This document shows positions 19,122-26,485 of a DNA stretch of 63,430 nt, in pieces (position 1 is the first letter of the stretch; every line of letters starts with the position of its first letter). Made by a program: the position numbers and the translations under genes. The notes beneath the pieces are model-generated. The model was not told where the DNA came from. It searched no databases and worked only from the letters and a program-made list of their open reading frames with translations. This stretch comes from Campylobacteraceae bacterium (GTDB taxonomy: Bacteria > Campylobacterota > Campylobacteria > Campylobacterales > Campylobacteraceae), in assembly GCA_031274495.1 (NCBI GenBank), contig JAISQB010000015.1:1-63430 (forward strand), in the 5' to 3' direction.

Positions 19122-20026
19122 TAAAAATCTCTCTCTATCATCTGCGTAATTATCTCTCTTAGCCCATCTATCTCGTACTTTTCTACCGCTTTTAACGCTT
19201 CGTATCCAAGCTTTTTTGCCTCTTTAACAGACCGTTCGATCGCGCCAAACTCCTTCATCTTCTCTTTTATCCACGCGCTCTCGTAGCTATTTAGACTTTT
19301 TTTGTACAAGGTCGTCATATACTCTTTATCTTTTTCGTCGCACTTTTTGTACATATAAAGATACGGGAGGGTCACTTTTCCCTCTTTGAAGTCGTGGAGG
19401 GCGGGTTTTCCGAGTATCTTTTCGCTTGATGTGATATCTAAAATATCGTCTATTATTTGAAACGCAAGTCCAAGATTTTTACCATACAGCGCAAAATCAT
19501 CGCTATTGTACCCTTCCAACATCGCGGCAGACGCGGCGCAGGCTTCTATGAGGGATGCTGTTTTGCGGTAGATCATATTCAGATATCTGCTTCTGTCTGT
19601 ATTAAATCTCTTTGAAAGTTCCACATCAGATAGCTCTCCGGCGGACAAAAGCGCTACCGCGTTTGAGAGGCACGCGGCTACATCTTTTGGAAATTCCGCC
19701 AAGCGCGAAAAGGCAACAGAGTAGAGAATATCGCCCATCATAATGGCGGATTTACTGCCGAATTTAGCGTTAAACGACTCTTTGCCGCGCCTTGTATTGG
19801 CGTCGTCTATCACATCGTCGTGCAAAAGGCTCGCGGCGTGTATCATCTCCACAATTGCCGCGAGTTTAACGGCATCTGGGGATGTTTTAGCGATCTTTAA
19901 TATCAGCTTTGCTCTAAGCCGCTTTCCTTGCGGTACATTTTCGTATAGACGGACTATTTTATTGTCATTCAAAGAGGCGATAAACGAACTCATCACTTCA
20001 GATATCTGTTCCATTACCGCGCTCAT
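19121..20026 (-). CDS. ispB: All-trans polyprenyl (octaprenyl-type) diphosphate synthase
   Basis: Two Asp-rich motifs are present: LLHDDVIDD and QIIDDILD. Confidence 0.92.
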   Translation of the reverse strand: MSAVMEQISEVMSSFIASLNDNKIVRLYENVPQGKRLRAKLILKIAKTSPDAVKLAAIVEMIHAASLLHDDVIDDANTRRGKESFNAKFGSKSAIMMGDILYSVAFSRLAEFPKDVAACLSNAVALLSAGELSDVELSKRFNTDRSRYLNMIYRKTASLIEACAASAAMLEGYNSDDFALYGKNLGLAFQIIDDILDITSSEKILGKPALHDFKEGKVTLPYLYMYKKCDEKDKEYMTTLYKKSLNSYESAWIKEKMKEFGAIERSVKEAKKLGYEALKAVEKYEIDGLREIITQMIERDF

Positions 20027-20298
20027 TCGTGCATTGACAAAACTTCGCCGACCATTTTAATAAAAAGGTCGTTTTTGCCCTCTTCTACTGCGCTTTGATT
20101 GTTATACAACGCCTCTTGTATGAGATTTTCGGCATCGTCTGCGAAGTGTTCTCTTAAGATATGTTCGATGGCGGCATAACGCTCTATGTTGTTCTCCAAA
20201 ACTTCCGCGACAAGGTTTTTGTTGGCGTTAAAAAGAGTGTCAAAAAACTTGGAACGCGGGCTTCCTGTCAATATATCACTTTCATCTATTTCAAGCAT
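20023..20298 (-). CDS. Small conserved protein, DUF2018 / HP0242-like
   Basis: It is 91 aa and overlaps ispB by 4 nt. Position and length match HP0242 upstream of ispB in H. pylori. The family assignment rests on synteny and my recollection. Confidence 0.6.
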   Translation of the reverse strand: MLEIDESDILTGSPRSKFFDTLFNANKNLVAEVLENNIERYAAIEHILREHFADDAENLIQEALYNNQSAVEEGKNDLFIKMVGEVLSMHE

Positions 20299-20598
20299 TT
20301 TTATCTCACTTTTTAAAAGGTTTGATTATAGCATAAGCAATCTTAGTTTTTTAAACGCAAAAACTAAAAGATAGCATTTTGAGAATTTTACATTATAGGT
20401 AGAAACAGCGTGATATTTTGCAGTAAAAAACTCTGCGGATAAACTTAAGATATCATTAAAACGAAGCGCTCATCACTATCATAAAATATTTCAAAACAGT
20501 GGCGCATATTGCTTAAAAATTGGTTAGAATATTAAAACTTATTTTGATGTTTTATGGCGCGCCATTGCCCATAGCCTCGCACAACTCCTGTTAAAAAT

Positions 20599-20649
20599 AT
20601 ACTTATTTGATAAGTATACTTGACATTTAGAATATATTTTAGTTATACT
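20599..20649 (+). promoter_or_regulatory. Candidate sigma70-type promoter of metY-rrf2-cysK with an adjacent perfect inverted repeat (possible Rrf2-family operator)
   Basis: The inverted repeat ATACTTAT-TTG-ATAAGTAT spans 20599-20617. It abuts a TTGACA at 20620-20625, followed by an 18-nt spacer and TATACT at 20644-20649. This is 31 nt upstream of the metY ATG. Confidence 0.45.
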
Positions 20650-20680
20650 TTCATAAAATTTTTGTATCAAAAGGATAGCT

Positions 20681-21949
20681 ATGAACCCAAAAACTTTAGC
20701 AATTCACGCAGGCTATGATAAAGACAAACACGGCACGATGGCCGTACCTATATATCAGACTACAGCCTACGATTTTGGTTCGGCTGAAACAGCAGCAAAC
20801 CGCTTTGCGTTAGCGGAGCTGGGACCCATCTACACAAGACTTAATAACCCCACAACAGACATTTTAGAAGCAAGAATTACAGCCTTAGAAGACGGAGACG
20901 GCGCGGTCGCGGTAGCAAGCGGGCAAGCGGCTTCGTTTTATTCGGTCGTAAATTTGGCAAGGTCGGGTGAAAATATCTTGGTAGCCGAGAAGATTTACGG
21001 CGGCTCCATCACGCTTTTAACGCACACTATCAAACAGTTTGGCATTGAAGCCAGAGTCTTTGATAGCGACAACGCGGACGATTTGGAGAGTTTGATAGAC
21101 GATAAGACAAAAGCTATCTATTTTGAGACCCTGTCAAACCCGCAAATCGCTATCCCAAATATCGACAAAATCGTCCAAATAGCCAAAAAACATAACATCG
21201 TCACGATAGCCGACAACACAGTCGCTACACCCATCTTGCTCAATCCTTTGAAATTAGGCGTAGATGTGGTAGTCCACTCCGCCAGTAAATATATCTCCGG
21301 CAACGGAACAGCTATCGGCGGACTTGTAGTAGAGCGAAAAGGGTTAAGTGCCTTTTTGAAAGACAACCCGCGCTATCCGCAGTTCAATGAACCCGACGAG
21401 AGTTACCACGGACTCGTCTACGCGTCGCTGCCGCTTCCTATATATACGCTAAGAATACGCCTTGCGTTTATAAGAGATATCGGAGCTACGATTTCGCCTT
21501 TTAACAGCTGGCTTTTGATACAAGGGCTGGAGACTTTGAGTTTGAGGATAAAAGAGCACTCCGCGAGCGCGCTTAAAATCGCCAAGTTTTTAAAATCCCA
21601 CCCGAAAGTAAGATCAGTTTCTTATCCCGGGTTAGAGGGCGATAAAGGTCACGAAAAGGCGCAAAAATATCTAAAGGACGGCTTGTCTTCAGGACTTCTT
21701 AGCTTTGATGTGGGAAGTTTTGAGAGGGCAAAGCAGATACTAAACGATACAAAAATATTTAGCGTAGTCGTTAATATCGGCGATTCAAAATCCATCATCA
21801 CGCATCCTGCCAGCACAACGCACCAACAAGTCCCAAAAGAGGATTTGGATAAGTCATTCGTCACAGAAGGGCTTGTAAGGCTTAGTATCGGACTTGAGGA
21901 CGCTGAGGATTTGATAGCGGATTTAAAACAAGCAATAGAAAAGAGTTAA
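20681..21949 (+). CDS. metY: O-acetylhomoserine (thiol)-lyase / sulfhydrylase, PLP-dependent
   Basis: It belongs to the Cys/Met-metabolism PLP family. The PLP-Lys context is HSASKYISGNG, and the N-terminus (T.AIHAGY) is typical of MetY. Confidence 0.9.
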   Translation: MNPKTLAIHAGYDKDKHGTMAVPIYQTTAYDFGSAETAANRFALAELGPIYTRLNNPTTDILEARITALEDGDGAVAVASGQAASFYSVVNLARSGENILVAEKIYGGSITLLTHTIKQFGIEARVFDSDNADDLESLIDDKTKAIYFETLSNPQIAIPNIDKIVQIAKKHNIVTIADNTVATPILLNPLKLGVDVVVHSASKYISGNGTAIGGLVVERKGLSAFLKDNPRYPQFNEPDESYHGLVYASLPLPIYTLRIRLAFIRDIGATISPFNSWLLIQGLETLSLRIKEHSASALKIAKFLKSHPKVRSVSYPGLEGDKGHEKAQKYLKDGLSSGLLSFDVGSFERAKQILNDTKIFSVVVNIGDSKSIITHPASTTHQQVPKEDLDKSFVTEGLVRLSIGLEDAEDLIADLKQAIEKS

Positions 21950-21951
21950 AG

Positions 21952-22365
21952 ATGGCATTTATAACTACAAAAGGTGTATATGGTCTAAGCGCTATGTACG
22001 AACTCACTCAAGGTGACGGCGTAACCCCTATGCAGATAAAAAATATCGCGCAAAAGGCGGGGATCCCGTTCAACTATTTAGAGCAGCTTCTAAATCAACT
22101 AAGAAGAGCGGGGCTGATAAACAGCGTGCGCGGCGCAAAAGGCGGATATATATTGGCAAGAACGCCCGATAGGATATTGATTTACGATATCTTGGTAGCA
22201 CTCGAGGGTGAATTGGTATTTGCCGAATACACGCTTGAAAATAAAATTTTGTCAATGTTTTTTGACGATATGCAAAAAGGCATCGAAGAGTTTTTAAAAA
22301 TCCCGCTTTCAGAGTTTCAAAAATATGCAAACATACTGTTAGGCGGACTAACATATTCTATCTAA
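21952..22365 (+). CDS. Rrf2-family transcriptional regulator (CymR/IscR-like, no Cys cluster visible)
   Basis: It has a winged-HTH N-terminus (ITTKGVYGLSAMYEL...IA...IP..YLEQLL..LRRAGLI.SVRGA.GGY.LAR). The gene is embedded between metY and cysK. Confidence 0.88.
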   Translation: MAFITTKGVYGLSAMYELTQGDGVTPMQIKNIAQKAGIPFNYLEQLLNQLRRAGLINSVRGAKGGYILARTPDRILIYDILVALEGELVFAEYTLENKILSMFFDDMQKGIEEFLKIPLSEFQKYANILLGGLTYSI

Positions 22366-22379
22366 AGGAGATATAACAA

Positions 22380-23306
22380 ATGGGTTATGCAAAAAATGTT
22401 ACTGAACTTATCGGCAATACGCCCTTAGTACAGTTGACCAAAATTTCGGAAGAGAGCGGCGCTTTAGTGCTTGGAAAATGTGAGTTTTTAAATCCAAGCC
22501 ACTCTGTCAAAGACCGTATAAGTTACGCGATGATAAAAGACGCGCTTGACAAAAAGCTTATCGACAAAAACTCAGTCATCATAGAGCCCACCAGCGGCAA
22601 TACCGGTATAGGTCTTGCAACGGTAGCGGCAAGTTTGGGGCTAAAACTCATCCTAACGATGCCAAGCTCAATGAGTATCGAGAGAAGAAAACTTTTAGCC
22701 GCGCTTGGAGCGGAGCTTGTATTGACCCCGCCTGAGCTTGGTATGAAGGGCGCTGTAAATAAAGCTATCGAACTTGGAAGCGAGATAAAAAACTCTTTTA
22801 TCCCTCAGCAGTTCGCCAACGAGGCAAATCCTGAGATCCACAGAAAAACAACAGCTCAAGAGATACTAAAAGACCTTGACGGAAAAGTGGATATCTTTAT
22901 AGCGGCTGTCGGAACAGGCGGAACGCTAACGGGTGTGGGAGAGGTATTAAGACAGAATAATCCAAAAGTAAAAATAATAGCGGTAGAGCCCGACACTTCA
23001 CCCGTCCTTAGCGGCGGCAAACCTGCCCCACATAAGATACAAGGTATAGGCGCAGGATTTGTACCGGATGTGCTTAATACGAAAGTATATGATGAGATTT
23101 TGACCGTAAGCTACGAAAACGCTTCACAAACTTCAAGAGCTTTGGCAAAACAAGAAGGACTTCTTGTCGGTGTCTCCTCCGGAGCCAACGCTTACGCCGC
23201 AAAAGTCATCGCAAACCGCCCCGAAAACAAGGGCAAAACAATAGTCACAATCTTTTGCGACACAGGTGAGAGATACCTTAGCACAACGCTTTACGAGGAT
23301 CAATAA
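22380..23306 (+). CDS. cysK: Cysteine synthase A (O-acetylserine sulfhydrylase)
   Basis: The PLP-Lys motif is NPSHSVKDR, with further motifs TSGNTGIGLA and GVSSGAN. Confidence 0.95.
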   Translation: MGYAKNVTELIGNTPLVQLTKISEESGALVLGKCEFLNPSHSVKDRISYAMIKDALDKKLIDKNSVIIEPTSGNTGIGLATVAASLGLKLILTMPSSMSIERRKLLAALGAELVLTPPELGMKGAVNKAIELGSEIKNSFIPQQFANEANPEIHRKTTAQEILKDLDGKVDIFIAAVGTGGTLTGVGEVLRQNNPKVKIIAVEPDTSPVLSGGKPAPHKIQGIGAGFVPDVLNTKVYDEILTVSYENASQTSRALAKQEGLLVGVSSGANAYAAKVIANRPENKGKTIVTIFCDTGERYLSTTLYEDQ

Positions 23307-23313
23307 TATATGC

Positions 23314-23336
23314 GGTCTGTTTTTAAAAACAGACCG
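23314..23336 (+). terminator. Perfect palindromic hairpin downstream of cysK
   Basis: CGGTCTGTTTTT/AAAAACAGACCG begins 8 nt after the cysK stop. There is no separate trailing U-run, because the U-run lies inside the stem. Confidence 0.5.
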
Positions 23337-23441
23337 TCACCTCCACACTCCACTACTCTTTTAAAATCCAATTTTCGCTATAAAAAATGAACTTAGGAAC
23401 AGAATTTGCATTGATAAAATAAACCAACAGAGACAGGTTAA

Positions 23442-24221
23442 ATGTTCACAAAGATATATGGCTTTATCAGCGGATTGACAATAGGCATTTTGGGAGGATT
23501 GATAGGTCTTGGCGGGGCGGAATTTCGTTTGCCTATCTTGATAGGACTTTTTAAGTTTCAACCATTGAGCGCGGCAATACTAAATAAAACCATAAGTTTA
23601 GTTGTGGTCTCCTCCGCATTGATATTTAGAACAGACACTATCCCGTTTTCATTGATAAGCGAATATAAAATGGTCATATTAACCTCCTCTTAGGCAGTAT
23701 TGTAGGCGCGTGGATGGGGGGCTGGCTGGGTTGTAAAGTTGCGCTCAAAAACATTATATAAAACGATAGCTGTTTTACTGGCTATTGTAGCTTGCGTTTT
23801 GCTGTTTAGCCATTCTGTGCCAAATATCACATTTGCGAACGGCGGTATCATTCAAACCATTTTGGGCGTCATTGCAGGTTTTGTCGTAGGTATATTTGCC
23901 GCAATTTTAGGCGTTGCGGGAGGCGAACTACTTATACCGATATTGATACTTCTTTTTGGGGTTGATATCAAACTCGCAGGAAGCCTTTCGTTGGCAATCA
24001 GCCTTCCCACGATGCTTATAGGTTTTGCGCGCTACTCAAAAGATAAAAGTTTCACCGTAATCAAAAATAATAAAATGTTTGTATTGATTATGTCTGTCGG
24101 CTCTATTTTGGGTGCACTCATAGGCGGCATTATGTTGGGATTTGTGCCTGAATATATATTGCTCCCTACGTTGGCGCTTATCCTTTTTGTGTCGTCATAT
24201 AAAATTTGGAAACATAAATAA
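23442..24221 (+). pseudogene. TauE/SafE (DUF81) sulfite/organosulfonate exporter family gene, interrupted by a 51-nt out-of-frame segment
   Basis: The two ORFs (23442-23693 and 23739-24221) are in the same frame and both carry the TauE signature (GGLIGLGGAEFRLPIL; LGVAGGELLIPIL). Frame 0 has TAG stops at 23691 and 23703. The conserved NLLLGSIVGAWMG segment reads in frame +1 between an A4 run (23667-23670) and a G6 run (23716-23721). Confidence 0.75.
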
Positions 24222-24343
24222 ATTTTCCCGTACGAGATAGAGAGTTTTGGTGTAGCGCTTGACTCTGTTTGGCGTGATTTTTATCTTGCCGTAAACAGTT
24301 GTGCGAAAGGTAGAGATATTAAAGATTTGTATTTATAAAAAAA

Positions 24344-24373
24344 CTCATCTCCCGCCCTAAGACAGGAGATGAG
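24344..24373 (-). terminator. Rho-independent terminator of GLUG-lipoprotein paralog 1
   Basis: On the minus strand, CTCATCTCC-N12-GGAGATGAG is followed by TTTTTTTATAAA. It lies 40 nt downstream of the stop. Confidence 0.7.
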
Positions 24374-24412
24374 AGAAAAAATGCAAAGCTGTTGAAAGCT
24401 TTATGCACAGTG

Positions 24413-26116
24413 TTATAACCAAGACGGCCATGGCAACCAAGAGAGCAGTGTATCTTGTGCCTTAACTCTTCCGAGTCCCGCGCTTGCGGTTATGATGCTT
24501 CCTTTATTTCTTCCGACAAGCCTACCGGCAAAATAGTTCCCTAAAATATCTCCGTACGAAAAGGCAGCGGTTAGCGTACCGATACCAAAAGATCCTACAA
24601 CGCCGCCGACATAGTTATTACCTACAACATTTCCTTGAGTATAAACAGCAGTTACCGGAACCAAAAAAGCATACCCCGCGATACCGCCTACATAATCGCC
24701 TGCACCGCTAATCTCTCCTCTGGAGTAGCTGGCAGTTATCGTGCCGATAGAAATATAACCTGTAACGCCGCCTACATAATCACCGCCTCCGCCGACCTTT
24801 CCGGCGGAGTAAGTCGCAGTTATCGTGGCTTCGCCGGAATATCCGACAACGCCGCCTACATAATCACCATCTCCACTAATCTTTCCGGTGGAGTAAGTCG
24901 CGGTTATCGTACCGATATCAACTCTTCCGACGACACCGCCTACATAATCGCCCGTACCGCTAATATCACCATTAGAGATTGTGATTGTTATCAGACTGCC
25001 GGCAGCTCTTCCGGTGATACCGCCTACATAACTGCGCCCTCTTACATCCGCACCGGTGCGTACAGCAGTTATCGTACCGACCCTAATGCGCCCTGCAACA
25101 GCACCGACATAATCCCTGCCTTGAATACCGCCTTTAGCAGCATCCGTATCAATGCCAAGGTATAGAATTGAACCTCCGCCCCCTATATATCCGAACAGTC
25201 CGATATAATCTTCATTTGGGCGGTTTATCCACAAACCTTTAATAGCATGACCATTGCCGTTAAGTGCGCCTTTAAATCCGCCATCGGCATAGCTACCAAT
25301 AGGCAGCCAACCGTTCACATCGTCGGCTGGATTTACAGTTATACTATTTTGGAGTATATATCTGCCCGCTAAGTTATCTCTAATTTTGTCTAAGTCCTCT
25401 TCGGTGCTTATACCAATAACACCGGAAGTTTCAAAAAAGCTAATGTTTTCATCAACATCAACCTCTTCTGTCGGCTCACTTTCTTCTAACGCATACCAAG
25501 TGCCCTCAAGGATAGAAGATGGTCTTATAGTTCCCCCCAGAACCGTCTCTTCTTCCACTTTATTGAGCTTGTCGTCAAAAAAAGAAATGGTATAAACTTC
25601 ATCCAAGGTAACGGTAACTTTGGCTACTTTGCTTGTAACTGAAGCGTATACTTCCTGCGTTGAGTTCTCATTTGTACTGCTCACGACAACATAGTAGTAG
25701 AAATCGCCCGTTTGCTCTGAGGGTATCTCAAAAGCAGAATCCGGCGTATCTACGGTCGTATGTACAAGCGTTCCGCCTACATTACTCTCTACGGTATTGC
25801 TGTACCATTCATACAGTAGTATACCTCCGTCGGAGACATTTGCCGAGACGCTTAAGTTCGCCTGCGTATTTATCTGGACAAGCTTGCTTTTAGGCTGAGT
25901 GGTGATCTCTACAGCCTGAGCGTTTGCGTTCACGCAGCTTACCAAAGTCAAAGCAAAAAGAACAATAAGCGCTTTGCCGGAATTGGCAGTTGAAGCAAAA
26001 AGCTTTTGCGAGCGCTCCTGGAGCGACCGCCTTATGGATCTTTCATTAAAGAAAGACAACAATATTTTCTTAATATTGGCTGAAAAACCAATTTCTATTG
26101 GTCTAAAAAACAACAT
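24413..26116 (-). CDS. Surface lipoprotein paralog 1: Ig-like domain plus 8 GLUG-type 27-28-aa repeats
   Basis: An AAGGA RBS lies 7 nt upstream of the ATG. A conserved 40-aa leader precedes the lipobox LTLVS-C. TTQPKSK...YEWY...YYYVVV forms an Ig-like beta-sandwich. The GWLPIG...LNGNGHAIKGLW...DYIGLFGYI entry module is followed by repeated DYVGG(V/I)xG....GTITAxYSxGxIxG units. Confidence 0.85.
   Translation of the reverse strand: MLFFRPIEIGFSANIKKILLSFFNERSIRRSLQERSQKLFASTANSGKALIVLFALTLVSCVNANAQAVEITTQPKSKLVQINTQANLSVSANVSDGGILLYEWYSNTVESNVGGTLVHTTVDTPDSAFEIPSEQTGDFYYYVVVSSTNENSTQEVYASVTSKVAKVTVTLDEVYTISFFDDKLNKVEEETVLGGTIRPSSILEGTWYALEESEPTEEVDVDENISFFETSGVIGISTEEDLDKIRDNLAGRYILQNSITVNPADDVNGWLPIGSYADGGFKGALNGNGHAIKGLWINRPNEDYIGLFGYIGGGGSILYLGIDTDAAKGGIQGRDYVGAVAGRIRVGTITAVRTGADVRGRSYVGGITGRAAGSLITITISNGDISGTGDYVGGVVGRVDIGTITATYSTGKISGDGDYVGGVVGYSGEATITATYSAGKVGGGGDYVGGVTGYISIGTITASYSRGEISGAGDYVGGIAGYAFLVPVTAVYTQGNVVGNNYVGGVVGSFGIGTLTAAFSYGDILGNYFAGRLVGRNKGSIITASAGLGRVKAQDTLLSWLPWPSWL
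24455..25114 (-). repeat. Eight tandem 27-28-aa GLUG-like repeats (about 84 nt period) in paralog 1
   Basis: I counted them directly in the translation (DYVGAVAG..., SYVGGITG..., DYVGGVVG... twice, DYVGGVTG..., DYVGGIAG..., NYVGGVVG..., YFAGRLVG...). Confidence 0.8.
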
Positions 26117-26147
26117 TGTTAATCCTTTTATTTAGATTTGCGCGTAT

Positions 26148-26156
26148 ATTTTACCA
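26148..26156 (-). promoter_or_regulatory. Extended -10 promoter element (TGGTAAAAT) of paralog 1
   Basis: It lies 32 nt upstream of the ATG. The equivalent TGATAGAAT occurs at the same distance in paralogs 2 and 3. Confidence 0.5.
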
Positions 26157-26371
26157 TACATACAATCAAAATAAATGTAAATCATATAAAAAATATAGAA
26201 TTTTTTTATGCTCATCTTGCCCGCGTTACCTCTAAATACATTAGTATTATTTTATTGCGAAAAATTTTATAAAGCCTGTTATTTTTTTCTTTCATATAAA
26301 ACAAAGGGGTTAACAAGATTTTACCATATTGACAATATTGTATCGGCATTTATGCGTAAGGTAATAAAAAA

Positions 26372-26401
26372 TTCACCTCCCGCCCAAAAGCGGAAGGTGA
26401 A
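26372..26401 (-). terminator. Rho-independent terminator of paralog 2
   Basis: On the minus strand, TTCACCTTCCGC-loop-GCGGGAGGTGAA (12-bp stem, 1 mismatch) is followed by TTTTTTATTACC. Confidence 0.7.
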
Positions 26402-26485
26402 AAAAAGTAAAGTGCAAATTACTTCGTGAAGCTTTATAGAAAGCTGATCTATGCGCGGCAGCTATAAAGCGCCGCACATATATTG

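Noticed and set aside
20554-20565. A 12-bp perfect palindrome, ATGGCGCGCCAT, in the ispB-operon / metY spacer
   Set aside because: It is an isolated GC-rich dyad with no partner motif or obvious relation to either promoter, so there is insufficient evidence for function.
24635-25165. Long plus-strand ORFs antisense to the GLUG repeat regions of all three paralogs (24635-25165, 26618-27232, 28457-28969; 170-204 aa), themselves periodic (..DTAYIIA.TANLS.GV..SYR..)
   Set aside because: They exist only opposite the repetitive Gly/Thr/Ile codon arrays, which happen to lack reverse-strand stops. They have no RBS. The sense strand has far stronger evidence (RBS, lipobox, domain architecture, terminators).
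26201-26207. Poly-T tracts (T7 at 26201-26207, T7 at 28042-28048, T8 at 29939-29946) upstream of the three lipoprotein genes, as possible phase-variation switches
   Set aside because: They lie about 45 nt upstream of the -10 element, not in the -35/-10 spacer or the CDS. The tracts are short. The length difference is more likely an UP-element-like AT tract than a switch.
26208-26429. A 73-aa plus-strand ORF in the spacer between paralogs 1 and 2
   Set aside because: It runs through the promoter of paralog 1 and the terminator of paralog 2. It is not conserved in the equivalent paralog 2/3 spacer and has no RBS.
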